A stretch of 49,120 bases of DNA from a virus (Duplodnaviria; Caudoviricetes), in the IMG/VR virus record IMGVR_UViG_3300017754_001496, positions 1 to 49,120 of that record, one strand, 5' to 3'. The notes under the pieces are model-generated. The model made no database searches. It saw only the letters and a list, made by a program, of their open reading frames with translations, and was not told the origin of the DNA. This document shows positions 27,052 through 38,645 of this stretch, piece after piece. A program made the translations under genes and the position numbers. The first letter of the stretch is position 1, and every line of letters starts with the position of its first letter.

Positions 27052-30000
27052 GTTGTAGAATTTCATATGATGCTTTAGAGAACACACTCTTAGCTGCTTA
27101 TAAAAATGATTTTGAAAAATATAAAAATCTAGATGCAATTGTATCAGATGTATTAAGTCTTCCTATTGCGGAAGAAGCAAAAGTACATGCTGTGTGGTAT
27201 TATGCAGGTTATGTTAATCAGCTTGCTAATAATGTTACACAACTTCAAACTGATGCATGGAGTCAAGGTAAGTACAAAAGTCTTCATGACTATCTTACCC
27301 CTTCTTTATCAGGAGAAGAAAATTTCAATTATGATGAAATTTTAAATGATATAACTAGTTATTTTACTCAACCATTAGACATAGATAAAACAGAGTCTTT
27401 GGAAGATAGATTAGTGAGTATGGTTAATGACCTGTCAACACTAAGTGATGCTTCTTTAGGTGAAACATTAGATGAGATTGTTAATACAGTTATCTCTAAT
27501 ATAAGAACATTAGACCCTGTTATATTAGATCCTAATAACAGTAATAGTATTAATATTCTTAAGCTTGCTTTAGATGAGTTAAAAGGAAGACCTGATAGCC
27601 CTTATAAAACTACATCAATTAACAGATTAAGTAATATTATATCTGATATTATTTCTAACAACAATGTTGCTGTTGATTATGTAAGCATGAGAGATGCACA
27701 AGGAATTGGTAGATATAAGAACAGTGAGATTTATGAATTAAGAAAAGTAAATGGTGACTTATTTGAAGTATACTTTGATGATAACACTAAAGCTTATCAT
27801 TACTATGCACCAGGAACAGAGAATCATGAAAAACAAATAGAGTTTGATCCAACTGATCAAGTAACTACTATTTACAAAAAAACTAATGATCGTTTTGTAA
27901 ATCCTGAAACTTTGCAGTTAAGGATGCATACAGATGAAATACTTACAGGTTTAGTTATAGGAGAGTCTACTGCTAAAAATGATAGAACAAAAACAGTGCA
28001 AGAACAACTTGCAGAAGAAGCTCAAAAAGGTGCAGTATTTTATAGTTCTGTTAAGATAACAGCAAGTACTAAAAGAGAAGAGTTCAATGCTCAGCGTCAA
28101 GCTAGAATTGATGTAAACTTTCCTTTGTTAGGTAGAACATTAGAAACATCAGAAAGACCTAACCAGGACCAGGCGTTAAAGTCTGGTACAGGTGTTGTCT
28201 TAACACTATATAAACCAACAACAGGATTTACAATCACTGTTACTAACCATAGAGGTGATCTATCTTTTGATTTAGATTCTTTCACTAATCTTGCATTCTT
28301 ACGTTCAGATAATACAGTTGAGCCAGTAGACTTTGATAACCCTGATCATATGGAGTTATTAAAGTCAATGATTGAAGTAGATAGTCCTGAGTTCAGAGCT
28401 AATAGATATGAATCTATTACAGAAGAAGAACTTGAGAAATTAAAAGACTCAGCTAAAAGATATAAGGAATTTCAAAATGAAGTAACAGAATTATTAACTG
28501 GAGCAGGCCCTGTTGACATAAAAGAAATATTTTTCAAGTATTATGACTTATCTAATAATACAACTAAGATTGTATACAATGATCAAGCAAAGTCATCCAC
28601 TAATTTAAATCAGCACATTGAATCTAACAATGGTGAATTGAATGTAAAGATTCAAAACTATGATGAACAAGGAAATCCTGTAGGTGGACCTGAAAGTGGT
28701 AAGATGGCTGTAGTAATGCGTAAAGTAAAAGGTTCATGGATAATAGAAGATACTTTAGGTGAGAACCAAAAGTTAGTAGGGGAAGATGGAAAGATTTATA
28801 ATTCAGCAGAAGCTTATATTGAGAAAGAAGCAATTGAAAAGAACTTTGAAGATGCTGAATTAAACATTAAAGACTGGGCTCAAAAAGTAGCACCAAATGC
28901 TAACTCTATTTATGTAAGCTTTAAAGTAGTAGGTGATAAATTAAAACCTATTGCTGTTCCTTTGGTATATCAAAAGCAAGTTGAAAGTCCAACTGACTTA
29001 TTAAGTGCAATGGGCGCATTAGCTCATACATTTCAGAATGCAGAGATTGCAGAAGGTAATACAGTTATATTAGAACTTAAGCAAAAAGGATGGGGATTTG
29101 ATGTTCTGAAAAATAAAGAAAACAGAGACATTGCAATTGCACCTGAAATTGTAATAGTAAAACAATCAGGTGATGTCAAAACTTTTGGTATCAAGTTTAC
29201 AATGTTATCTCCTGATGAGGAGAGAAATAAATCATTCAATGAGTTTGCTAAGAAACACATGCAAATATCATTCAATCAAGATATTGTAAACAATATAATG
29301 TCTTTATCAAAGAAGGCTCTTGAAGAAGCTGGTATTACAATGCCAGAGAATGCTACAATGGAAACTGTCACTGCTTCTTATCAAAAAGCTGCAAGAAAGT
29401 TAGGAGAAGCACATCCTCTTATTCAAGAATTAAAAGTTGCGTACAATGCATTCTCAGCAGACATTAAAGCTAAGTACAATGCTGTTATAAATAGACATGA
29501 TGTTTTATTAGGCCAGGGTCAGATATCTGCTCCTATGTTTGATGAAACATTTAGAAAATATAGTTTGTTTGAAGAAAACAGATTAAAGTTAAAAACAAGA
29601 AGTGCAAAAACAGGAAATGTATTAGAGTCTTATAGAAAGTTGGACCATACAATTCAAAGTTCTTTATCTCTTACTTATAGAGATCCTCTTAAGAAAATAG
29701 TATTACCTAAGATAGTAGATAAACAAGTACTTAATAAACTAGATACTACAGGTATTGATGTTGTTGTTGAAGAGTTAGATGAAACAGATCCAGTAGATCC
29801 TTCTGTTGTAGAAGAAAAACCTGCTACGCCAACAAGAACTATAGACTTCAATGATATAGAACCTAGCAGTACTGTTGATCCATTCATGCTTGCAAATACT
29901 ATTGAATCATTTTTTACATTAAGTGAAGAAGACTTTACAAAAGAAGTGAATGCAATGAAGGCATTACTTCCTGATAGATTTCAATTTACATATGAAGGAT

Positions 30001-33000
30001 TTTCTAACTTAGATGTAGATGGACATGCTCTTGGTTATGTTCAAGGATTAATGATACACTTGAATGATACTCTTAAAGCTAAGGGTGTAGCATTCCATGA
30101 AGGTTTCCATGCTGTATTCAGAAACTTATTAAACAGTAAACAACAAGTTTATTATCTAAAAAAGGCAGCAAAAATTCTGGGTGATTACAAAACAGATGAG
30201 AAAGGTAAGTACATCACTGTAAATGGTAAAAAAGTATATGCTAATGAATTCAGACAAGAAAGAAGATACCTTCACCTTACTGATGAACAGATTAGAAATC
30301 TTATTTACGAAGAGTACTTAGCAGATTCTTTTGCTACATACATGGAGACTAATAAAGTTCCTCAAACTTTTATGCAAAAGTTATTTGCATGGCTGAAGAA
30401 ACTTTTAAATGTATTTAAGAAAGGTGGTAGAATAGACAATTTATTCTATGACATCAGTGTAGGTAAGTTCAGAACTAAAACTATTAAGGAAACAAAATCC
30501 AATGTAGAAAACATATACAGTCTATACAAAGGAAGTCCAACTATTATTTTAGCTGAAGGTGGTGTACCAGATACATCTAATCAGGAAGTACAATCAACTG
30601 TAGTTTCTGAAGTAGGTACTAAGATGGTTGCTGAAATGGCAGGATTAAGAGCACAATATCCAAGCATTGCTGCTGAAGACTTGTATGATTTTGCCGTGGC
30701 TAATGTATTAAAGGATTATAAAATTGAAGACTTAACAAGTCAAGTACCTGAGTTTGCTAAGCAAATTGAGAATGCATATGGTAATCATTATACAAATGCT
30801 AGATGGTTATTAGGTCAATTTCATAATAGTTCTGAACCTTTTCAATTCATTAACTTAACTGATGCAATTGAAAATGATAACATATTAATTGACAGAGCAT
30901 CTAGACAAGGTAAAGCACAAACAGCAATAAGCAAACTTGTTGCTGATAAATTTAAAGAAGATGTTGTTGCTGAGTTTAAAAGCTTAGATGTAATAACAGA
31001 CTTTGATGATGTAGATGAATTAATTAGTTCTTCTAATAAAGAAGATGAAGAAGTAGAAATTGGTGATAACTTCAATGACAGAGGTGCAATAGGTTTACCT
31101 CCTAATGAAGGAACAGCAGCGTTTAGAAAGTTGTTTAAGTATATACAATATGAATATACTGACCCTGTATATGGTGTAAAGAGAAAGAAAGCTGTAGACT
31201 CAGGATTAATATTCAGTACTATTAGAAAGGTTACATGTAATGTAAGCAAGGAACATGTAGTATTGAAATTAAGACAAGAGATAGACAGACTAACAAATGA
31301 GATTAATTATTATAACACTAATCTCAGAAATAAAGTTGGTGGAAGATTTACCATACCAATGGACATTGCTAAGCAAATAGAGTTGAGAAACAGTTTGCAA
31401 GCAGTGTTTGATACTCTTCATAAATTTGTTGAACTTGAAGATGTAACTGATGAAAAAGGAAATGTTGTAGAAATCCAATCTACAAAGAATGATCATATCT
31501 ACATTCAGTTTGCTAATGTGTTTAATACAATTGACATCAATCTAGCATTAGTATCATTGACTACTGAGAAAGAGTGGAGCAAAGAGAAGGCAGCAACAGA
31601 AATTACAAATCAAATATACAGACTTAATGATATTGTTATTGGTAAAGATGTTAATGCAATAAGAACTGATTTACTTAATGGAATAAGAACCATCAATATT
31701 ACTGAAGATCAATTCAAAAAAGCAAAAGAACAGCTGAGTAAAATAGAGAACATCTTTAATAATAAGAACTTACTTAAAGATACATTATTCACTGAAACAG
31801 GTTTGTTCAATGATGCTGAATTCAGAAAGCTAGTAGATGAAACTTATATTGCACTTAGTACATTTAATCTTAATATTCCATACTCAGCAATTCAACTTGC
31901 ATTAGCATATAATGTATTCAAGTTAAATGATTATAAAGCTAGTATCTTCACACCTAATAGTGATGTAAGATTGTTATTACGTAACAATAAAACATATTGG
32001 AAAGGTTTAGATAAGTTAAACTTTACTTTCTTCACTAAAATGATTCCTGATGCTGTTGATTTATCATTGAAGATGACAGCAGAAGATAAGTCAGGTAGAA
32101 GAAGTGAAACATTAGAGAAAGCTTTAGTAAGAGTAGGCTCAGCATATTTAGATTCATTAGGTGAATTCATTTTAAAGTATGACCCAACACTAGCAGGATC
32201 AGTTACAAGAAATGCAGCAGGTGATACAATCAGTAAGTATTGTAAACCAACTCCTGCATTTGTAACTATTATGAAGTTGCAAGGATTTGATTCAATTGAA
32301 CAAGGGTTAGATGAATTAATTGGTTCATACTTCTCAGGATTTGAATCTTACTTTGAAGATAACCCCTTACTAAATACAGATTCTGATTTAATTAAGGTAT
32401 TCCTTTCTAACTTTAAAGTTAGTGCTTTTGCAGGCTTTGAACATAAAGTACAAGAATTTGGTACAAACAAAACAGGTGACCCTGTAACATTCAAGGACAT
32501 TGATGATAAGTCATATGCTCTTGCTATGATGGGATTGTTTGCTAATCAAGTTGAAACTAATGTAGTAGATAGAGCAACTGGGTTAAGTAAGAAACTAAAA
32601 ACATTTAAGAAAGTACTTACTATTTATGAAGCAACAAGTACAAGTGTTGTTGTAGATGGTATTTATAAAAACTATTCTGATAAGAATGGTAACTTCAATA
32701 AAAAGAATGGATTTTCATTAATTGCTAATGACTTGTTTAAAGTGGTTAAACAAGAATATAACTTAATGAAGAAAAACTATAAGGAGTACAATGATAAGAG
32801 TGCTCCAAAGAAGTTTTTGGGTTATAACATAAATCCTGAAACAGATAGAGGTTTTACATTCAATATATTATCTGACTTCTTCCAAGTAAATGTGGAGGAC
32901 AAGTCTAAAGAGAATACAGCCAGAACAGGATTAAGAGATGACTTTTTAAAATCAGGTGCAAAAGATAATATTGAATTTGAAACATTAATGGATGCAAATC

Positions 33001-36000
33001 CTGATTTAGTTACTCAATTAATGACTGAGTTAGATGCATATGTTAATGAACAATATGGTGTATTTAAAAATAGTTTAGATGAGTTAGGTATTGTAGATGC
33101 AGATTTACCTATTACATTAGTTAGGTATAATGAAAAAGAGCTTCAAGCTTTATCTCCAGAAGACAGAGATTTAGTAAAGAGTCAAGGATCAGCTGAACAA
33201 AAGAAAAGAGCAGATGCTTTCTTAAAAGACATGTTTGCTAATAATTGGATTAATGGAATTTTTGTTAATCAATTATTTGATGGTCCTATTGCAGTTAGTA
33301 CTAAGAACTTTGCTGATTACTTTAAACGCCAAAAGACTGGAGCTGCTGCTGGTGAAAATATCTATAATCCTCTAACTAAGCAAACTCATTATAGAGCTTC
33401 TGTTATTCCAAAAATAGTAGCATACATTGATAATGAAGATTTAACTAAGCCAGTTCAATTTACTCCTCATTTGGGAGAAGATGGTAAACCACTAGAATCT
33501 AATGTAAAAATAGATTTGTTTGATGGTCAGTCTGTCAATCATCTTAACAGAAGAATAAAGATTGCAGAAGCAGAAGGTAAACTAGATCCTGAATCTGCTA
33601 AGTTTCTTCGTAGCATGAGATGGACTACACAATCTTCTAAAGAATATTCTGATGGTATTAGAAAGTTAAGAGATGCTGGTATTGTATTTAACAGTTTAAA
33701 GACTGTATCTGCATCAGGTATGTTTTATATTAAGCAATCTGAGCATACTCTTTTGCGTAAAGATGTGAGTATGCTTAAAGCAGAATACAGAACAAAAGAA
33801 GCAAGAGCACTTGCAGAAAAAGAACTTAGTGAACTATATGAATTAGCAGATGCATATGCTTGGAATTTAGAAAATGGAATCGCAGATGTTAATTCTGAAA
33901 CTGATGAAATATATGATTATGATGAATTGTATAAGCAAACTATAGCTAGAATTCATTTTTACTTTGAGCCTATAAAAGGTAGGGAGATACTTCATAATCT
34001 ACTTAACTCAATGGAAGTACACAGTGTAGACCAGTTAATGGATCCTACAGCTAGTAAGAGAGCAATAGTAGAACCTACTAAAGCTGATTACTTAGAAGCA
34101 TCTAGTGAAGATTATTATTTTAATCTATCAGATTCTTTATTCTATGTACCTAATGAATTGACATATCTTCAAGTAGAGACAGGTAAGATTGCTAATTCTG
34201 TAACACAAGCTATCCAGCAAAAGTTACTAGTAATTGCACAATTAGATCCTAACTCTGAAGAGTATAAGGCAATTAAGAAAGACATTGATGGATATCAGAA
34301 AGGATTGGCTGATGCAGTGTCTGCACAAACTAAAAAGATGATGAGATTACTTAGCGTTTCTGATAAAGAAATGATAGGTAAAATCTATACTAGTATTGCA
34401 AATGGATTACGTGAACAAGGTGCTCCAACTACAATGCTTCAGTACTTTGAATTGAACCCTGATGGTTCTCCTGTATATGAGCCTAATCTTCCTGTATTAG
34501 GTGAGACATTGGTGTATTACTTTACTAGCTTATTTAACAATAACATTTTTGATAAGAAAGTAGAAGGTAGAAAGTACTTCCATGTTAGTTCATTTGGATA
34601 TAACATTATTGAGCATGATGGTAAAATCATCACTCAAGATGAATACAAAAAGAACCCTGGCAAATACAAAGGAGCTACAACAAGACAACCTTCTGTTAAG
34701 AAACAAGAAGATGGTACTTATGTAGTAGAAGTAATTGTACCTAAGGAGTTAAGAAATGTAGATCAAAAGTTCTTAGAACAATATCTATCAGAATTCTTTG
34801 GTACTCGTATCCCTACAGAGGATAAGCGTTCAATGATTGTAGCTAAAGTTGTTGACTACATTGATGAAGCTTATGGTGCTACAATCATAGTTCCTTTCCA
34901 AGTACACATGCTTTCAGGATCTGACTTTGACATTGATGCATTATATGCTCATGTTAAATCTTCTTACTATACTGCTGATGGTGAAAGAGTTCCATTTGGT
35001 AACTATGACCACTACATGAAGAAGTATGGTATGACTTTGAAAGAAGCTAAGTTCATGGAGTATCTTCATTATATAAGTAAAGATGAAGGTGTTAAAGAAC
35101 TAGTAGATCTTGAAGTAGATAAGATTAAAAATCAAGCAGGATACAAACAAGAGCAAGCAGTTAGATTTGGTGAAGCATTTGGAGGAAAGATTAGAACTTA
35201 CTTTGCTGAGAATGCTGGATTAGTAGAAAATAAAGATGGTGATAAAAAAGATTTAGCAGATGACTTTAAAAGAGTGATCGCTACATTTAATGTATTACAA
35301 GCATTAAAAGAAGCAGAGCTACCAACTACTCCATCTGAGTTAGAATCATATACTCGTGAAACAGGATCTACTCCTGTAGTTAATGTTATCATGAATGAAA
35401 TTCTTCAACATAAGATTAACATTCTATCTAATGAGAAAGTATTTGAAAACTTCTCAGCAAATCCTGATAACAGAGCTGATGTAGCTGTTGATCCATATAA
35501 GAGATTAGTGGAGAGAAGAGGTATGAGTGAAAAAGATTTATATAACAAACAAAATCTTTACTCACCTGCTGCTTTGATGATGGCCAGATCTCTTAACTCA
35601 CAATCTAAAGATTCATTAGGTATTGCAGCAAGCTTTAACAAAGGTATTAGTATGTTAGCTACTGTTGGTGCAGAATTAAAAGAAGCTGTTGGGTACTTAT
35701 ATACAGACTCAGGTGTTATCACTACAGATAAAATAGTAGACAATGCAGTTCAGTTAGTAGGAGGTTCTATTGGTTTATTTGCTGATGCTCCTAAGAATCC
35801 ATATCCAGGCCCATTACATCTTAATACAATTACTACTCCTGTAATGAATACTATGTTTGCATTAGGCTTCCCGCAAGGAGCAGCAATCATGTTCCAATCA
35901 TTACCTATAATTGTTGATTTAGTTTCTGATTACAATCAAAACTATGGTAGTGCCTATAAAACATCTAATCAAAGAAAGACAAGTTTTAATAAGTTCTTAA

Positions 36001-38639
36001 ATGGTGTATACAAGGACCAAATTGAAGAATTGTTACCTGCTTTGTTATCAGCAGGAATCTTAACAGAAACTGAAAATGGTGGATACTTTTTTAATAAAGA
36101 AGCATACAAACTTAAGTGGACAAATAATGTAACACCAGGTAATCAATTAGAAAACTTTGGTTTTGAATTAAAAGCAGCTGATGGTTCTCCATTATCTAGA
36201 GAAGTGCAAGACTTTATTCTTATGAAAGAATTCATGGAATACTCTGAAGTTGCTAATCAAATTAGTTTTAAAATTACAAGACTAACTGATACATTAAAAG
36301 GTCTAAAGCCTGACATGGAAGTATTTGATAGATTATTCAATACTTATAAAGAGGCATATCTTGGAAGTTCTTCAATTGTATTTACTTCTGGTACAATGAC
36401 TAAATTGTTTGAACAGTATCCTGTGTTAAAGAGTTCTTACGAGTCATTAGACTTTATGGATAAAATGTCCAAGTCAATGTTCTTAGAAAGAACTAGTTTG
36501 ATGAAAGGTTTAACTGGATTACTTACAACTGGTTTATATGGATATGATTCTTCAGAACTTAAGAAAGATTTAAAAGCATTCATTGCATTACAATTGCAGA
36601 AGAGTGCAATGGAAAAGAATCCAACAGGGTATTTTGCAAACAGATATTTAGAATTATTAAAACCTGAAAACTTCTTAAATGCTGATATACTAGCAGACTA
36701 CGAGAACATAAAAACTAAATATCCTGATAATGCTTTCATAAAACAATTAACAATTAGAAATGTAGGTGATAGCTCTAAAGGAATGAGAGTTTTAGAAATG
36801 GTATCTTCTAAACTGAATAAGAATCAGAAGAATGATATTCACTCTGACTTCATGGCTCTTCTTAGAGATAACATTGATATTAAAGATAGAGCATTGAGAT
36901 TGGCTTATTATGGAATGATCAAGTCTGGTGCTAAGAAAGCCAGAGGTGGTTACTATGAATTATTACCTGCATCTATATCTAAGTTGATGAGTAATGCATT
37001 GTTCTCATTAAGAGAAGACTTAGTTGCACTTGATAAATCTGTAGCTAAGAAGAAGCAACAAAGTATGGAGTTTGTTGATGACAATCCTCTTCTATCAGAA
37101 GATGTTAAAAGAGAATATCGTGAAAAGATGGATGAGTTGATGGGTAAAAACTTCAGTGGTATTACTTTACAGCAAATCATTACAGAAGCTGTTTCTAAAA
37201 TAGTAAGTGTTCACTTAATCAATACACCAGAGGCTGATTACAAGAAAGTAATCAATGCATCAAGAGCTAAAACTAATGAACCAGTTAGTCAACAAGATGT
37301 TATTAACTTAGTTAAAAGCATTACAGGTACTTACTCTGGTAATATAATTACAGATACAGGTAGTATACCTGCTATTGGATTACCTATTGATACTAAGTAT
37401 AGAATGAAAGTTGGTGAAATAGAATTATTTGTACCTACTGGAACTAACTTGAAACTTAGTCTTAACTCTAACATGAGTGAAAAAGACAAAGCATTATTGA
37501 GAATGACTAGTATATATTCAGAACAAGATAAGTTTGCATTCCCTGTATACAAGAAGAACATCTATGGTCAAATGCTTGTGTTAAAAGCTATTGATAACAA
37601 AAGTATAGGAGAAGCATTCATTGATACATTATATGAAAATGGAATGTCTAATACTTCTCAAATGCGTATCACAGGTTTGTCTGCTGAGTATGAAGTAGTT
37701 CCAGAGCAAGGAGCAACTAATATCTCTCCATTGGCTTTTGGAATGAATGAAGGTGCTACTATCAGAAATATGACATCTCGTAAGATTCAGCAATTAAGTT
37801 CTGTAAGATCAGAAGCATTACCTTCTTCAATGAGAATTGTTAGTAATGAAAATAGAATGTATGAGGTTAAAAATAGGAACCAACCTATATCTAATCACAT
37901 CAATAAAACATATGTTAAAGATGATAACAGTACAGTTTCTGTTGGAGATAAATTTACAGCTATTGATTACTTCAGAGATAAGGTATATCTTAAGCCAATG
38001 AATGCAGGTAATGGTACAGTGTACAGTGAAGTTGATTTACTAGCTCAAAAGTTAGGAAGAACTAATTGGGAAATGATAAAAGCAGATCCTGAGTTTGAAG
38101 ATTTTTTTGCTGGAAAATCTAAGATATATTTGTATCAGTTACAAAATAATGATAACTTATCTGTGAATACTAAAAATCAAACTGAAGCTTCAAGTCAAGA
38201 AGGTACTACTTTAAAAGGAAAAATGACATTTAGTTATGGTTCTAATAAAAGAGCAGATGTTACTACTGCTACTACATTTGATGCTATATTAAATGGAGAA
38301 AGAACTGCCACTACAAGATACGAAAGTCAAGGTAATATAGACTATTGGAAAAATGCTAAAGTAGGAGACATTATTACTTGGGAATCAGGAGATGGTAGAA
38401 CAGTTGATGTTGTAGTTACTAAAGCTCTTCATAAACTAAAAGGTTCTGGAAAAACACCAGAATCATGGTCTAAATTAGAAGGATGGTCTGTAGAGTATTT
38501 TAATACAAATGTTAAACCTAAAGTAGAGGAGGCATGGCAAATAGAATATAAGCTAAAACCATCAACCAACAGTAATAATATCACAGATAAAGATATTGAT
38601 GATACATTAAATGATTTAACCTGTAACGGAGGAGAATAA
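27048..38639 (+). CDS. Giant virion-packaged DNA-dependent RNA polymerase (single-chain, two-barrel, phi14:2 gp66-like), 3863 aa
   Basis: Catalytic SGSDFDIDAL (DFDID at 34923-34937), upstream GTRIPTEDKRSM and LFDGQS motifs, zincin HEGFH (30096-30110) with EEYLAD, and a C-terminal ASCH-like domain. Confidence 0.92.
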   Translation: MSCRISYDALENTLLAAYKNDFEKYKNLDAIVSDVLSLPIAEEAKVHAVWYYAGYVNQLANNVTQLQTDAWSQGKYKSLHDYLTPSLSGEENFNYDEILNDITSYFTQPLDIDKTESLEDRLVSMVNDLSTLSDASLGETLDEIVNTVISNIRTLDPVILDPNNSNSINILKLALDELKGRPDSPYKTTSINRLSNIISDIISNNNVAVDYVSMRDAQGIGRYKNSEIYELRKVNGDLFEVYFDDNTKAYHYYAPGTENHEKQIEFDPTDQVTTIYKKTNDRFVNPETLQLRMHTDEILTGLVIGESTAKNDRTKTVQEQLAEEAQKGAVFYSSVKITASTKREEFNAQRQARIDVNFPLLGRTLETSERPNQDQALKSGTGVVLTLYKPTTGFTITVTNHRGDLSFDLDSFTNLAFLRSDNTVEPVDFDNPDHMELLKSMIEVDSPEFRANRYESITEEELEKLKDSAKRYKEFQNEVTELLTGAGPVDIKEIFFKYYDLSNNTTKIVYNDQAKSSTNLNQHIESNNGELNVKIQNYDEQGNPVGGPESGKMAVVMRKVKGSWIIEDTLGENQKLVGEDGKIYNSAEAYIEKEAIEKNFEDAELNIKDWAQKVAPNANSIYVSFKVVGDKLKPIAVPLVYQKQVESPTDLLSAMGALAHTFQNAEIAEGNTVILELKQKGWGFDVLKNKENRDIAIAPEIVIVKQSGDVKTFGIKFTMLSPDEERNKSFNEFAKKHMQISFNQDIVNNIMSLSKKALEEAGITMPENATMETVTASYQKAARKLGEAHPLIQELKVAYNAFSADIKAKYNAVINRHDVLLGQGQISAPMFDETFRKYSLFEENRLKLKTRSAKTGNVLESYRKLDHTIQSSLSLTYRDPLKKIVLPKIVDKQVLNKLDTTGIDVVVEELDETDPVDPSVVEEKPATPTRTIDFNDIEPSSTVDPFMLANTIESFFTLSEEDFTKEVNAMKALLPDRFQFTYEGFSNLDVDGHALGYVQGLMIHLNDTLKAKGVAFHEGFHAVFRNLLNSKQQVYYLKKAAKILGDYKTDEKGKYITVNGKKVYANEFRQERRYLHLTDEQIRNLIYEEYLADSFATYMETNKVPQTFMQKLFAWLKKLLNVFKKGGRIDNLFYDISVGKFRTKTIKETKSNVENIYSLYKGSPTIILAEGGVPDTSNQEVQSTVVSEVGTKMVAEMAGLRAQYPSIAAEDLYDFAVANVLKDYKIEDLTSQVPEFAKQIENAYGNHYTNARWLLGQFHNSSEPFQFINLTDAIENDNILIDRASRQGKAQTAISKLVADKFKEDVVAEFKSLDVITDFDDVDELISSSNKEDEEVEIGDNFNDRGAIGLPPNEGTAAFRKLFKYIQYEYTDPVYGVKRKKAVDSGLIFSTIRKVTCNVSKEHVVLKLRQEIDRLTNEINYYNTNLRNKVGGRFTIPMDIAKQIELRNSLQAVFDTLHKFVELEDVTDEKGNVVEIQSTKNDHIYIQFANVFNTIDINLALVSLTTEKEWSKEKAATEITNQIYRLNDIVIGKDVNAIRTDLLNGIRTINITEDQFKKAKEQLSKIENIFNNKNLLKDTLFTETGLFNDAEFRKLVDETYIALSTFNLNIPYSAIQLALAYNVFKLNDYKASIFTPNSDVRLLLRNNKTYWKGLDKLNFTFFTKMIPDAVDLSLKMTAEDKSGRRSETLEKALVRVGSAYLDSLGEFILKYDPTLAGSVTRNAAGDTISKYCKPTPAFVTIMKLQGFDSIEQGLDELIGSYFSGFESYFEDNPLLNTDSDLIKVFLSNFKVSAFAGFEHKVQEFGTNKTGDPVTFKDIDDKSYALAMMGLFANQVETNVVDRATGLSKKLKTFKKVLTIYEATSTSVVVDGIYKNYSDKNGNFNKKNGFSLIANDLFKVVKQEYNLMKKNYKEYNDKSAPKKFLGYNINPETDRGFTFNILSDFFQVNVEDKSKENTARTGLRDDFLKSGAKDNIEFETLMDANPDLVTQLMTELDAYVNEQYGVFKNSLDELGIVDADLPITLVRYNEKELQALSPEDRDLVKSQGSAEQKKRADAFLKDMFANNWINGIFVNQLFDGPIAVSTKNFADYFKRQKTGAAAGENIYNPLTKQTHYRASVIPKIVAYIDNEDLTKPVQFTPHLGEDGKPLESNVKIDLFDGQSVNHLNRRIKIAEAEGKLDPESAKFLRSMRWTTQSSKEYSDGIRKLRDAGIVFNSLKTVSASGMFYIKQSEHTLLRKDVSMLKAEYRTKEARALAEKELSELYELADAYAWNLENGIADVNSETDEIYDYDELYKQTIARIHFYFEPIKGREILHNLLNSMEVHSVDQLMDPTASKRAIVEPTKADYLEASSEDYYFNLSDSLFYVPNELTYLQVETGKIANSVTQAIQQKLLVIAQLDPNSEEYKAIKKDIDGYQKGLADAVSAQTKKMMRLLSVSDKEMIGKIYTSIANGLREQGAPTTMLQYFELNPDGSPVYEPNLPVLGETLVYYFTSLFNNNIFDKKVEGRKYFHVSSFGYNIIEHDGKIITQDEYKKNPGKYKGATTRQPSVKKQEDGTYVVEVIVPKELRNVDQKFLEQYLSEFFGTRIPTEDKRSMIVAKVVDYIDEAYGATIIVPFQVHMLSGSDFDIDALYAHVKSSYYTADGERVPFGNYDHYMKKYGMTLKEAKFMEYLHYISKDEGVKELVDLEVDKIKNQAGYKQEQAVRFGEAFGGKIRTYFAENAGLVENKDGDKKDLADDFKRVIATFNVLQALKEAELPTTPSELESYTRETGSTPVVNVIMNEILQHKINILSNEKVFENFSANPDNRADVAVDPYKRLVERRGMSEKDLYNKQNLYSPAALMMARSLNSQSKDSLGIAASFNKGISMLATVGAELKEAVGYLYTDSGVITTDKIVDNAVQLVGGSIGLFADAPKNPYPGPLHLNTITTPVMNTMFALGFPQGAAIMFQSLPIIVDLVSDYNQNYGSAYKTSNQRKTSFNKFLNGVYKDQIEELLPALLSAGILTETENGGYFFNKEAYKLKWTNNVTPGNQLENFGFELKAADGSPLSREVQDFILMKEFMEYSEVANQISFKITRLTDTLKGLKPDMEVFDRLFNTYKEAYLGSSSIVFTSGTMTKLFEQYPVLKSSYESLDFMDKMSKSMFLERTSLMKGLTGLLTTGLYGYDSSELKKDLKAFIALQLQKSAMEKNPTGYFANRYLELLKPENFLNADILADYENIKTKYPDNAFIKQLTIRNVGDSSKGMRVLEMVSSKLNKNQKNDIHSDFMALLRDNIDIKDRALRLAYYGMIKSGAKKARGGYYELLPASISKLMSNALFSLREDLVALDKSVAKKKQQSMEFVDDNPLLSEDVKREYREKMDELMGKNFSGITLQQIITEAVSKIVSVHLINTPEADYKKVINASRAKTNEPVSQQDVINLVKSITGTYSGNIITDTGSIPAIGLPIDTKYRMKVGEIELFVPTGTNLKLSLNSNMSEKDKALLRMTSIYSEQDKFAFPVYKKNIYGQMLVLKAIDNKSIGEAFIDTLYENGMSNTSQMRITGLSAEYEVVPEQGATNISPLAFGMNEGATIRNMTSRKIQQLSSVRSEALPSSMRIVSNENRMYEVKNRNQPISNHINKTYVKDDNSTVSVGDKFTAIDYFRDKVYLKPMNAGNGTVYSEVDLLAQKLGRTNWEMIKADPEFEDFFAGKSKIYLYQLQNNDNLSVNTKNQTEASSQEGTTLKGKMTFSYGSNKRADVTTATTFDAILNGERTATTRYESQGNIDYWKNAKVGDIITWESGDGRTVDVVVTKALHKLKGSGKTPESWSKLEGWSVEYFNTNVKPKVEEAWQIEYKLKPSTNSNNITDKDIDDTLNDLTCNGGE

Positions 38640-38645
38640 TATACT

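Noticed and set aside
27048-38639. Introns or inteins in the RNAP gene
   Set aside because: The ORF is continuous, with no LAGLIDADG/HNH motif or intein-like C...HN-[CST] boundaries seen.
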